Virus record (IMG/VR): IMGVR_UViG_3300034060_000182
Coordinates: 4,049-68,048 of that record
DNA length: 64,000 nucleotides
Source of the DNA: a virus
Direction: 5' to 3' (one strand)
Shown: in pieces, positions 49,901-57,136 of the stretch
Numbering within the stretch: the first letter of the stretch is position 1
Layout of the letters: the number at the start of each line of letters is the position of its first letter
Translations under genes and position numbers: made by a program
Notes under the pieces: generated by a model
The model's input: the letters and a program-made list of their open reading frames with translations, nothing else
Database searches by the model: none
Told to the model about the DNA's origin: nothing

Positions 49901-51003
49901 ACTACTCTAAAGATAGAAGATCTGGTCTTACTAATGATATAGCCGAAGCTGAATTAGCGCAGATAATGAATGATCCTAGAAATAAAAGTGTTTTAGATAA
50001 ATTCAAAGCAGCTAATTACTGGATATTGAAAAAAGGTTATGGTCCTACTAGATTTGCAGATAGTTTTGCAATTGCTTTTGGTGGTGCTACTTTTTATAGA
50101 AATAGACTAGACGCTTATACTAAAAAAGGCATGAGTGAAGCAGAAGCTGAAAAAGAAACAATGCGTGACTTTTATGAAATATCAGAGTCTTCACAGCAAT
50201 CAGCAGACGTTTCTAAAATATCAATGAACCAAGCAAGTACTAAAGGACGTTTACTTTTATCTTTCTTAAATACACCATTTCAATATTCAAGAATAATAAA
50301 AAGATCTGTTATTGACCTAGCGAAAGGAAGAGGAGACGTTGCAAATAATATCGCTAAAATAGTTTACTATTCTGCTATTCAAAACATTATGTTCAACTTC
50401 CTACAAAATGCTTTATTTAGTATTATATTTGACGATGACGACGAAAGAGATGAAGCAGGTAAAGGTAAATTTGATCAAGCTAAGATCAGAGCAGTAAGTG
50501 GATCTTTAGATACGTTATTAAGAGGCTCTGGATTACAGGGAGTAATTATATCTACCGTTAAAAATATAATAATAAAATGGTATGAGAAGAGTGGTGATCC
50601 AAAAGGATATGGAGACGTATTATTAGAAGCTGCAAACCTTGCTCCTTCTATAGGTATTAAAACAAGAGCTTTGGCTAAGTCTTATAAAGCTGTTGAATAT
50701 AATAAAGATGAAATAGAATACAAAGGATTTAGTTTAGATAATATCTATGCGTTAGAAGCATTGACATCTTTGACATCAGCTGCAACGAACGTACCTGTAG
50801 ATAGATTAATGCAGAAAATTGAAAATGTATCAAACGCATTAAATGAAGAATATGAAGCATGGCAAAGAGTTGCTTTTGCGATGGGTTATAATAAATGGAA
50901 CTTAGGTATTAGTGACGAGAAAAACGTGTCAACAAATGCTGCAGGTGAATTGAAGATACCAGAGTTAAAACAAGAGGAATTAAAAATGCCAGAATTAAAA
51001 TAA
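40963..51003 (+). CDS. Giant multidomain ejection/polyvalent protein, 3346 aa
   Basis: EEGGKEVVQE motif, HEFLH zincin, KF[ST]L[SA] linkers, WCT...QL..GDFY...PIIAIRM module, hydrophobic C-terminal region. Confidence 0.8.
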   Translation: MEEIYTLPDGSTVDISSYSQFQKTLFLMNNAGAKKSKGTAKSANALPTKKAQNQEFQKVTEEHRQKMGTVSKSGSGSSGSKKYRLLTEADVDKARKKGVLPPPSTIRFSEGELNADSYEYDFKGNLSKKLNKPLPEYKYGKDYKPKHEETREVYLANKDNISVKIDKKLNTETEYETNRVDVNGVPDPFLNDLKIRQLEREKAKTDSALEHPYLYYSSYNQEKPDSFVKDNFNEMELEDLGINAQDFDGFLNKNKYKEDFLDKEQRGLFTKGTGVAGYDVELAKELQKKKLLTLYMSNIQSRDITRQTINQDIEITKGLRDKRDIKENVIFDSNKLINYVEKNFPIYTQKLKESEAKSRKIYEEAKTGGTDFWSWDTGAKMTNATWNGFTNRVHQFSATVYDKIGMKDVAEYSRFMADQDAVETPDDRSVGYVGGKETYVDGKKYLVSSKGDVYDADLKIRITDILEPKKREKIYENSKYGQSGFVFSPQGVAIGTSAVIGDMILQAALTRGVGAFGTVATETRLALSVAGKQTQASQLFNSASSALKMIPMKRSTGYAMISQGALGYSQGFEETLKAARENGINDKEAFALASNAAQRMGALYATTGVINPQTNVVDNLFTAKNVVKKAIEQYTKTGKKGFIQSIDDVVRNTPRNLVEFAEEGGKEVVQENVQQVGEIGLNKLTNQEAGKKILNEEYTASDFINTSILSFISSGLISKAKLPDFKVEDNDVNDLISLSKLAQNKKQFVSTIDGLVDSKVFTVDQANNLKADVDIYSNNINKLPKVVPPSAAMPIMRELDNITKLENEKKSTDKAFHSQIDRKIEEVRSKMLDIQYEGELKEKNEAISRAIKKGIAKGIEMQTFSNREEVKNYLVNEVGMSNEDAELYYTQTGFALSADTIRKYSKDPSSISDNKQIIVVNEGASRDAGVIQHEFLHGLLQKTLKDNPEAQKLLGVALNDELFKIQDNINKNKLKGTVVPAEFMEKMEKYFKRNQEDKAKSIGQYQKDVMFADGDVSRIAQIKAEHNDYMKKLDGVMWEEAITVFSDAVRQGYVTYEESKFTKLGDVIRRVLQQLGIVNIKFNNGRDVYNFIKDYNKSVETGNWGRAITKMSNKGAKINIKSKTNAPVQNTKPKEGSKFSTTAKFTLSERKSSEDIKKDVNKNYDKDKWGAGSILGRDENPAIERVLYNILSEYDYIIKGKAKVLNFANTPGYNDMDMISETYIQLMPHIRNFNKEFLQKREEFKKELVNKGLDPNSAEFKQKIEEQDKKGYEGKKGIVKENDDLNAWINSQLVNKMNAAMKSGNVSEEAFTDDIEGEMFKESRIVDGFTGDQSYLEEEGDSIYEAEEDFAQEQNQLAVLLSDPIYRFVDEKGKPIDIETVPFGGFFVTDISDPSIAANIKLRTETDPTKIAELNKELKDLERGLELQNKQDITFEEKEELKQLKSFKSYDLSTGMMVNTFKALSIQDTPAKIITDEVGREILRSPNIQTLEYRNFKEKLSTLSKTMARRMTFKNGPEIESLMYNEWALLYDVINHPVDPVTGQSSYASKKLPPTLKETDEKGNFKKINNITRVKFLQAYYGVEEASRIIKTYGGIDAEKELREFEDPELSEKDQKALRPTTYFDRRTALMELFGDVLVLQEARRLLRNPEFLDRVSERNVNLYNELKDDVIRASVLNDMSKGKSDIVKFTLSDNKIMSGLTDSETRRYNSLFETGTKLRNNIADNVLFSYDSSPKTKDIIKFSLSDLEKEKSNKVSPFKNTNKKYENNFKPPSSIFEETDYSEEELIIAKNYYIKALQYSDITDTEPGTKLHTFKYYEDVEKEVIKRVMETLRLLQIFPRTVTNIEDFLDPETGEIDFNFKENSNNPFVIKDYKDGYVDSMIQKSITQQNESYVKYWTEIKNNPVFRVKEIDKLSYNQYSALKALVDAVYDEDNSYHNGVKIEGQNKFGLYEEGNNNNLKFNPFFTYLFLKDVLSSRYRSNPDTNSSERKPFKKSDYFTTLEPIDTYLDIIIQDVQDNFSDVKSQPGMVYSLINIDYGKTFSKDWEENRLVYREDDVSIFKFEAGSKDQNKAYSLNRLTANNTNPKGLWCTGQSVSTAAMQLGEGDFYTATDNEYKPIIAIRMDASANYSVAEVDGVGEEQVFKTEDLPLVSKIFLETDLENKESFSNIVNEMYNIATQNKEDFEASSNPTVNEELIRNVKKMTKGGYFIFKLDEKDRNKVLNKADELKKFLTEAGYHGEQVSLGDFVDTGSRHDLNITEESAELLAEQAIITEQELNLDEADDGGIFIYRADENNKLKSSNFVLPYLQEIDYVYFEGAERLFAPQLAKGNLLSVSGRLDTSFDGGYLELPDSINFDVDVMVTLEGTANHFVLSDSDTNFEGRQFTLTTSIELPKELLEEEGTSIDITTVDNTSEILLRGLADVIYLPDNIRSLALQKGSMPNSTKQTMIVGSIDIEELYIESGYTDEGFDPNQFNFVNERTSIKETFFALNKMPNEALVKNILNSDIGLMSEKIVLEGTESFRDDNGVLNFKDFEITVKEPSKGKPNIGKFTLAEEENGKLNPLLKGLPFSKQWVVARDIDNAINKGRAAEGIRIPFSVPSRSKFSDEQTAYFIIQKVAEGFNDFEFRVKKNAKGPLTKQVLDALDIKSKEYQDRAERNNNIERTINEFIEENKGVSAAETFSPETAKNIGKNVGKYEMYLPPEDEDFLGLLYTLAGAKGKKGDDQLKFLTDTLLKPYSDAMLNLMKARQTMYKDWQDLINKKHKGISKLLKQDSGYGGYLVDQAVRVYLWSAAGYDIPGLDKKDLFHLREIVRTNPKLRTFAADVSLLSKQANGYTEPDSNWGFGSVVSDINGVISKSNRKKYLEQWQNNIDKAFSKDNMSKIEAVYGRKYVKALRNTLDRMKTGSNRAEGSNDAFLNWLNGATAVTMFTNIRSAFLQTLGAVNYLNTSDNNIVKAGAALLNVPQFLKDFKTIWNSDYSKDRRSGLTNDIAEAELAQIMNDPRNKSVLDKFKAANYWILKKGYGPTRFADSFAIAFGGATFYRNRLDAYTKKGMSEAEAEKETMRDFYEISESSQQSADVSKISMNQASTKGRLLLSFLNTPFQYSRIIKRSVIDLAKGRGDVANNIAKIVYYSAIQNIMFNFLQNALFSIIFDDDDERDEAGKGKFDQAKIRAVSGSLDTLLRGSGLQGVIISTVKNIIIKWYEKSGDPKGYGDVLLEAANLAPSIGIKTRALAKSYKAVEYNKDEIEYKGFSLDNIYALEALTSLTSAATNVPVDRLMQKIENVSNALNEEYEAWQRVAFAMGYNKWNLGISDEKNVSTNAAGELKIPELKQEELKMPELK

Positions 51004-51045
51004 CAGGAACAAGACAACTGAGCACCATACTCAAAGTTCCTATAT

Positions 51046-51082
51046 AAAGAAAGGGGATCACTTAATTGTGTCCCCTATTCTT
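51046..51082. terminator. Bidirectional terminator at convergence of the two arms
   Basis: AAGAAAGGGGATCAC-TTAATT-GTGTCCCCTATTCTT. Confidence 0.75.
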
Positions 51083-51143
51083 ATTCATAGTAAGTTCGTC
51101 GCTGTACTGTTTATTCTTTCGACTAAGATATAGCGTTGCACCT

Positions 51144-51356
51144 CTATATCGCGCTGGTACGATTTACTACTTCTTTTAGTTCTTTTTTAAGTTTACTGAA
51201 TAATTGTTTTTCTGTTAATTCTTTTTCTGGTTTTGGTATTGGAATTTCATTTACAATCCAACTCATTGGATCACTTGTTAGCACAGTATGACCTGTATAG
51301 TGCAAAAAAGCACTATCATAGCCAATAAGTCTTGACGGCATTCTACTCATTTTCAA
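51144..51356 (-). CDS. Hypothetical protein
   Basis: 70-aa ORF at the end of the operon; start uncertain. Confidence 0.5.
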   Translation of the reverse strand: MKMSRMPSRLIGYDSAFLHYTGHTVLTSDPMSWIVNEIPIPKPEKELTEKQLFSKLKKELKEVVNRTSAI

Positions 51357-51576
51357 CTATTTGACCCATTTCTAAACCATCAATTTCTTCTTTTTCTTTC
51401 TTAGCTTTCTCAGTCATAGACTTAATAGCTTCATCATAACCAGGCATTAATTTTAAAGTTTGAAATGTTCCAGCGGCTAATGTAGTTAAATTTTGCTGTT
51501 CATTCATTACTTGTTGTAGAACTCTTACTAGAGCTTCTACCTTATTCTTCATTTCAACTAAAGTTTGTTCTTTCAT
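51343..51576 (-). CDS. Hypothetical coiled-coil protein
   Basis: 77-aa ORF. Confidence 0.7.
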   Translation of the reverse strand: MKEQTLVEMKNKVEALVRVLQQVMNEQQNLTTLAAGTFQTLKLMPGYDEAIKSMTEKAKKEKEEIDGLEMGQIVENE

Positions 51577-51577
51577 A

Positions 51578-52150
51578 TTAAATTGTTTTATAAAACATTA
51601 CAAATACATATCTTCCTTTTTCCCAAGCAGTCGCTGGATATTTACTATGAAAATAATTAGAAGGATAACTAACTAATCTATTTTCATTATTACCTATAAG
51701 TGATCTTAATTTCCACTTTTTTTCTTCATTAGAATCTTCTAATATCATTCTATCAAATTCTTCAGCAGTAACATAATCAGGCAGTTTATCGCCATAGCGT
51801 TCATGTTCCCAAAAAGCAGTCCCATTTAAACCTTCTATTTCTGATTTAGACATGTATAAGACACAAGCTCTATCTGGTTTAACACCTTCAATTATATAGT
51901 CAGAGTGTATTCTTAAGTCATTATCTAATTTATCAGTAGCACATCTAAAAAAAGATAATATAGGTTGTATAGTTTTGTTTTCTTTTTCAGAAAGTATATT
52001 ACAAACTACTTCAATAAAATCTTCATCAGCTTTTTGAACATAGAAAGATTTTTCACCCATAACTACTTCAGTGTTTTCATTGTTTTGAATAGTATAAGAA
52101 TAAAAATCATAATAACTTTGTTCTAAGAAATTATCTACTACATATATCAT
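51578..52150 (-). CDS. 2OG-Fe(II) oxygenase
   Basis: VVDNFL, HSD, LYM...GTAF, NRLV.YP...FHS, R..FV.F. Confidence 0.85.
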   Translation of the reverse strand: MIYVVDNFLEQSYYDFYSYTIQNNENTEVVMGEKSFYVQKADEDFIEVVCNILSEKENKTIQPILSFFRCATDKLDNDLRIHSDYIIEGVKPDRACVLYMSKSEIEGLNGTAFWEHERYGDKLPDYVTAEEFDRMILEDSNEEKKWKLRSLIGNNENRLVSYPSNYFHSKYPATAWEKGRYVFVMFYKTI

Positions 52151-52231
52151 ATCTTTTCTTTTTTAATGTTGTTAACCTGCCACAAATCATTTATGTAGCA
52201 GGTATATATCCAACATTTAGTTCCTAAATAA

Positions 52232-54100
52232 CTATACAATTTCACAATTACCACCTCCACAAGCAGCAGAGTCTGAGAAATTAGTATTATCTTGTACTTC
52301 TACAACTTTAGATAAATCAACATCTTTTAATGTAGACATCATTTGCTCATAAACCTCTTTAGTACAATCTTCAAATGGCGTTTGTTTATAAGTACCTCCA
52401 TTATAGGGTAAAACAGATAAGCCATTATAATAATCTTTGTTTGCCCACATCCATTCACCAATGATTTTCCATTCATCATCTCTAACTGAAACAGTACAAG
52501 AAACATTATGAGTATTATTACCTTTAATATGACCAGGTTTAACCCAGTCTTTAGATATTAGTTTTACTCTTTCAAGAGCATCTAATGTAGACTCATGTCT
52601 TGTTATTGCTCCTTCTGGTGCTTTCTGAGGAACAGAAATTACAGATTGCAGTGTAGGATTAAAATATTCATCTTCTAACAGTTCTGGGTGATTAATTGCT
52701 AAATAAGAATATATAGCTTCGTTTTTCCCTAATCGCATGCGACGAATATAGTAATCATTATGCCAAGCATGAATACCAGAAGAGGTACCAAGAACCAAGC
52801 TAGTTGTACCTGCTGGTTTAACTGCTGTTGTTCTTGCTGCAACATTGATTCCAATTGATTTAGCGACTTCAGCATTTGTAGTCTTGACAACGTTTGCTGC
52901 TTCTTCATAATTTAAAGTTAAGTTATACTCTGATGCGATACCAGTCATTGATACACCTAATAACGCGTCTTTCTCTGTGTTTTTTCTCCATATATCACGT
53001 AGATAATGAAAATCAGAATATGACGCTTGTAATGTACCTAAGAACGATGCTGCTGATGATCTAGCGTTAAACTCTTCTTGACTATCTATATCAGACATAT
53101 TAATCTCTGTTAAGTTACAGAATTGATAAGGTCTTAAAGCAATTTCACAGCAAGGATTAGTTCCCCAGTCTTTGTCGTTAGTTAAATATATACCAGGTTC
53201 ACCAGATCCAGATGCCTCAATTCTTTCCCATACTTTATCAAAAGTCTTTTTGTTAATCTTATGACGTACTAAAACAACAGAATTATTAGCTCTACCTCTC
53301 TGTGGATTGTCTTCCCACCAATTACCTGCTTTACAGTTTAACATTGCTGTGCTGTCTAAATCAAACAAAGAAATCATTGCCGCTCTTCTAATTCCACCTG
53401 CTAATACAGCGTCTGCAATATGACATTGAATATCGTGGCATTCAATATCTGTTAACTTTGATCTGTCTTCTTTTTCTCTAAGAATAGCTTCAATTTTGAC
53501 TAAAGCTAATCTCAATGGTTCTGGACCAGGTGCTTTACCACCAGCGGTAACAAGCAGCGCTCCTTTCTGCCTAATATCTGATAAATCAAACTCTATATGA
53601 GATGTTAATCCTCCAGTATAAGACTTAAACAAGGTTTTAACTGCGTCTGCCCAACCAATAATACTGTCTTGAACTACATATCTTTTCTTTCTATCGTAAT
53701 TAGGTTTTCTAATTTCTGGTAATTTTTCTATTTGATGATTTTGGACTGAATACCCAACACCAGTTCCACCAAGTAACAAGAACATCGTCTCTGAAAAACT
53801 ATGTATGCTATCAACAGGTAGAAAAGCACAATTATAAATCCGTGCATTATTGAGCTCGATTGCTTTACCGCCGAATTGTAAACTACGCATTGATGGTAAA
53901 ACCTTTTTATTAAATACAAAATTTTCATAAATACCTTTTATACTTTCTTTTAGTTGAGGAAACTTCTCTATATGCATTTCCATATTCCTTGTTACTAATT
54001 CTTCCCAAGTTTCTCGCCTTTCTTTTTGCGGAAGATATTTAGCGTACTTAGTGTATACCGTAATTTCAGATAAAATCTGTTTGTCTAGTGTTAAACTCAT
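52232..54100 (-). CDS. nrdJ: Class II (B12-dependent) ribonucleotide reductase, monomeric type
   Basis: GGIRRAAMI, TNPCCEI, VKPAGTTS, C-terminal ACGGGNCEI; no beta subunit nearby. Confidence 0.92.
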   Translation of the reverse strand: MSLTLDKQILSEITVYTKYAKYLPQKERRETWEELVTRNMEMHIEKFPQLKESIKGIYENFVFNKKVLPSMRSLQFGGKAIELNNARIYNCAFLPVDSIHSFSETMFLLLGGTGVGYSVQNHQIEKLPEIRKPNYDRKKRYVVQDSIIGWADAVKTLFKSYTGGLTSHIEFDLSDIRQKGALLVTAGGKAPGPEPLRLALVKIEAILREKEDRSKLTDIECHDIQCHIADAVLAGGIRRAAMISLFDLDSTAMLNCKAGNWWEDNPQRGRANNSVVLVRHKINKKTFDKVWERIEASGSGEPGIYLTNDKDWGTNPCCEIALRPYQFCNLTEINMSDIDSQEEFNARSSAASFLGTLQASYSDFHYLRDIWRKNTEKDALLGVSMTGIASEYNLTLNYEEAANVVKTTNAEVAKSIGINVAARTTAVKPAGTTSLVLGTSSGIHAWHNDYYIRRMRLGKNEAIYSYLAINHPELLEDEYFNPTLQSVISVPQKAPEGAITRHESTLDALERVKLISKDWVKPGHIKGNNTHNVSCTVSVRDDEWKIIGEWMWANKDYYNGLSVLPYNGGTYKQTPFEDCTKEVYEQMMSTLKDVDLSKVVEVQDNTNFSDSAACGGGNCEIV

Positions 54101-54110
54101 TAATTGTTTT

Positions 54111-54272
54111 TTAATATATTATCGTTAGTGAAATTGATATAAATGGAATATATAAAGCGAAACATCTTTCTTGGTTTATTGGATCGTCATATACTCTAAA
54201 ACCTAATAATAAACCTGGATATAAACCCACTTCAAATTCCCATTCTTCATATTCGTTATTATTTAACGTCAT
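54111..54272 (-). CDS. Hypothetical protein, 53 aa
   Basis: Hand-translated ...WEFEVGLYPGLLLGFRVY...LYIPFISI. Confidence 0.55.
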   Translation of the reverse strand: MTLNNNEYEEWEFEVGLYPGLLLGFRVYDDPINQERCFALYIPFISISLTIIY

Positions 54273-54714
54273 AATTTCTATTTTTTAAGATTAATTCAAT
54301 AGTTGCATCACATTCTTTTTGACTTTGAGGTTTGTATAATTTTCTTTTATCTTCTTCTATTGCCATTAAATACTTAAACATTTTCCATCGTAGTGGAAAA
54401 GAATCATTAGCTCTACCTTTTGTTTCTATTATAAAATCATCTCCAATAAAATCAGGTGTATATTTTAGATTTAATACCTTTTTGTTTCCTCTATTTACAT
54501 AATCACCTTTACCGTTAGATTGTCTTTCATAACATTCATTACTAAAATGAAAAGCAGGTAGCAATTCAAATGTTTGACCTTCGTACTTAAACTTTAATCC
54601 AGCGTCTTTTAGAATTTTGTACATGTACTTTTCTAAACCAGAAGCGAAGGTGATACCGTCGTATACCACCTTCTTTGAAACCACTGGTCCTTTTTTTCTA
54701 ACTATTCTCTTCAT
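54259..54714 (-). CDS. T7 endonuclease I-like resolvase
   Basis: FASGLE...YE...YTPDF...IIETKG; ATG at 54714 likely. Confidence 0.85.
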   Translation of the reverse strand: MKRIVRKKGPVVSKKVVYDGITFASGLEKYMYKILKDAGLKFKYEGQTFELLPAFHFSNECYERQSNGKGDYVNRGNKKVLNLKYTPDFIGDDFIIETKGRANDSFPLRWKMFKYLMAIEEDKRKLYKPQSQKECDATIELILKNRNYDVK

Positions 54715-55054
54715 AATGTAAACCTTCATTACCATTCTGACCTATCACGTCCATTCTTTCTTCGTCTATAACAAATTTGTAGTTATGACCATCTGGAACG
54801 TCTTTGAATTCTTGTAACAAAGCTTCTTCTGTTAAATCTTGAATTTCTTCTTTACACGCTTGTATGTATAGCACAGCATCCATTAACTCTTCCTGAACGT
54901 CATTTAGATACTTAAAAAGACCTTTCATTTTTTTAGTACGCTCGTCGTGTAACGTATTGCCATACTTAGCATAACCTACATCTGATCTTGATACTAATTT
55001 GTCTACTACTCTTTCTACTATTGGATCTCTAAATGCAATTTTCTTTTCTGTCAT
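54698..55054 (-). CDS. All-alpha nucleotide pyrophosphatase-like protein
   Basis: G.AKYG.TL...QEELMDAVLY. Confidence 0.6.
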   Translation of the reverse strand: MTEKKIAFRDPIVERVVDKLVSRSDVGYAKYGNTLHDERTKKMKGLFKYLNDVQEELMDAVLYIQACKEEIQDLTEEALLQEFKDVPDGHNYKFVIDEERMDVIGQNGNEGLHYEENS

Positions 55055-55055
55055 A

Positions 55056-55880
55056 TTATAAAGTTGATTTTAAATGTTCGTTTACTTGTTTAACAAATGT
55101 TCCATTGACCATTTTGCCTTGTCTTGATTTAATTACATCATAAGCCGATACAACACAGTCTTCTACTTTTAATCCTTCTAACGCGGCTAAATTAGTTAAC
55201 ACAACCATCATATCGCCAATCGCATCAATAAATTCTGCTCTGTCATTCTTAAGAATTGCTCTGGCTAATTCACCAGCTTCTTCTTGTAATTTAGCAAACT
55301 GAGTTTTAGTATCACCAGACTTATATATACCACGATCATCTGCCCATTGTCTAATTAAGTCATATACATTAGGAGCTTCGTTAGTTTCGTCTAAACAAGA
55401 TGTGTCTTGCTGTTTTAAAAATTCACTCATTGCTTTATTGTATATGTAACACCTAGAAGGGTTATACATAGACGTTTTAGCGTTTTTAACAATCCATTCA
55501 GCTAATTCATAAGTTAAACCATATTTACCAAAATGAGTTTCTATTTCCATACCAATGTTATCCATTAGATTACCTTTTAACTTATTTACTGGAAAAGGAA
55601 ATGTCGTTGTTTGTTCTGTTACGTTTAATACCATTTGATTTGATTTTTTAGTTTTTCTACTAGTTATTAATTGTTTATAAGATTGCCTATCTACTTTGTA
55701 ACCATAGACAAGTTGAAGTTCTAATTCTTTTTCAGATATATAATCTATATCATCGCTAGAGTCTAGAACTTCATATTCGCCACAAGCATAACCTTGTTGT
55801 CTTGTTAACCTATCCTTAAGATCACACGTTACGCCGATCTTTTTACCAAAAATATGATATAAATAATACTTCATACTCAT
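55056..55880 (-). CDS. MazG-like pyrophosphatase with N-terminal GIY-YIG-like extension
   Basis: WADDRG...KLQEEAGEL...DAIGD...AYDVIKSRQG; N-terminal YLYHI..KKIGVT.DL..R. Confidence 0.8.
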   Translation of the reverse strand: MSMKYYLYHIFGKKIGVTCDLKDRLTRQQGYACGEYEVLDSSDDIDYISEKELELQLVYGYKVDRQSYKQLITSRKTKKSNQMVLNVTEQTTTFPFPVNKLKGNLMDNIGMEIETHFGKYGLTYELAEWIVKNAKTSMYNPSRCYIYNKAMSEFLKQQDTSCLDETNEAPNVYDLIRQWADDRGIYKSGDTKTQFAKLQEEAGELARAILKNDRAEFIDAIGDMMVVLTNLAALEGLKVEDCVVSAYDVIKSRQGKMVNGTFVKQVNEHLKSTL

Positions 55881-56314
55881 TTATTTACATTATTTTGATC
55901 TTTATCAACTTCTTTTTCCATTTGTTCATAATAAATTTTAATTATTTTATCATCTTTACATTTTTCACAATATAGTTCGTTTGTTTTTTCACCTGTAGAA
56001 ATTACTGATCTACACTTATTACATAACATAGCTCCATTACTGTTATTTAACTTGTATATTGGATTTACCTTGCTTTTTAAATAATCTTTTATATCTCCTA
56101 TAGTATATATGCCTTGTGCACTATTATCTAGTGGAAATACTCTCATATCTCTTGGCAACATTTCACCAAAAGGACTTAACCACCTATCATTTCTACCTCT
56201 AAAGAAAACGTTTTCAAAAAAAGAAGTATCTATATACTCGTGTAACTCACCATTTTCATCTAAAAGTCTATCTATATTAACCTGTGATTTAGGTATTCCG
56301 AAAGTTGTACTCAT
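55877..56314 (-). CDS. Hypothetical protein with C-terminal Zn ribbon
   Basis: CNKC...CEKC. Confidence 0.65.
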   Translation of the reverse strand: MSTTFGIPKSQVNIDRLLDENGELHEYIDTSFFENVFFRGRNDRWLSPFGEMLPRDMRVFPLDNSAQGIYTIGDIKDYLKSKVNPIYKLNNSNGAMLCNKCRSVISTGEKTNELYCEKCKDDKIIKIYYEQMEKEVDKDQNNVNK

Positions 56315-56516
56315 AATCTTCTTTTTTGTTTTTTAAAGTTTGTTTATACTCTATTATAAATCCTATTGCAACTATTATATTCATTCCTAACGATGCTATT
56401 ATCTCGTGTATGTCTTTATATACGTTTGTACTTAAATGTATATGACCAACCATCCAAAATGGTATTGATAAGTTGTTAGCTATCCATATTATTGTAAACG
56501 TTAAGAACTGTTTCAC
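56289..56516 (-). CDS. Small membrane protein
   Basis: Two hydrophobic segments; GTG start. Confidence 0.6.
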   Translation of the reverse strand: MKQFLTFTIIWIANNLSIPFWMVGHIHLSTNVYKDIHEIIASLGMNIIVAIGFIIEYKQTLKNKKEDYEYNFRNT

Positions 56517-56686
56517 TAGTCTAAGAATATTTTTAGAGTTTTACCGCCGTCTTGTACAGATATTTCTATACCTTCAAAATCACCAATTTCTTTATATAAA
56601 GTTAGTAATCTGCCTACGGTAAGATCATTATTAGCGTGATTAATTATCTCTAACCTGTTTATTTTTGTTTCGTCTATTTCTTTCAT
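56516..56686 (-). CDS. Hypothetical protein, 56 aa
   Basis: Hand-translated ...NRLEIINH...EISVQDGGKTLKIFLD. Confidence 0.6.
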   Translation of the reverse strand: MKEIDETKINRLEIINHANNDLTVGRLLTLYKEIGDFEGIEISVQDGGKTLKIFLD

Positions 56687-56687
56687 T

Positions 56688-56930
56688 TTATTTATATTTT
56701 CTTATTATTTCAAATGTTTTTGATATATCAGTTATTTCCATTTTTTTACCAATTTTATTCGGCAAAAAAGCAATAGTAAATCCGTGGTTTCCAAAATAAT
56801 AATCTTCTTCTTTTATTTCATTACCATTTACTTTATCAAGATATATCCAAGGATAATTTCCTGATAACTCTATATTAATACCAATTTTATTTAATCTTAA
56901 AGTTAGTATAGTTAAAACATTATCTTCCAT
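56688..56930 (-). CDS. Hypothetical protein
   Basis: 80-aa ORF, GNYPWIYLDKVNG. Confidence 0.7.
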   Translation of the reverse strand: MEDNVLTILTLRLNKIGINIELSGNYPWIYLDKVNGNEIKEEDYYFGNHGFTIAFLPNKIGKKMEITDISKTFEIIRKYK

Positions 56931-56941
56931 ATTACAATTTT

Positions 56942-57136
56942 TTAATAAGGTCCTGAGTTTAAATCTTCTTTTAAAACACTAGCCATTTCAATTATATGTT
57001 GGTCAATAGTCATAGGATGCCAACCAGTAGCAACTAACATACCTTTAAAAGCATCAAATATTTGTTCTAAATCTACATCAAAGTTATGAAACTCTGTTGT
57101 AATTTGGTCGTGTTGTCTTTCTATCCTTATTATCAT
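56942..57136 (-). CDS. Hypothetical protein
   Basis: 64-aa ORF. Confidence 0.65.
   Translation of the reverse strand: MIIRIERQHDQITTEFHNFDVDLEQIFDAFKGMLVATGWHPMTIDQHIIEMASVLKEDLNSGPY

Noticed and set aside
40963-51003. Giant protein as a virion RNA polymerase
   Set aside because: No DxDxD catalytic motif (nearest is DFDGF) and no convincing N4/T7-type motifs were found by eye; a profile search is needed to exclude it fully.
4782-51003. Stop-codon reassignment as in some crAss-like phages
   Set aside because: Genes are full length in the standard code, TAG ends real genes (28053, 39136), and no suppressor tRNA is seen.
52175-52203. ACCTGCCACA/TGTAGCAGGT hairpin after nrdJ as a terminator
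   Set aside because: No T tract on either strand; at most a stability hairpin.
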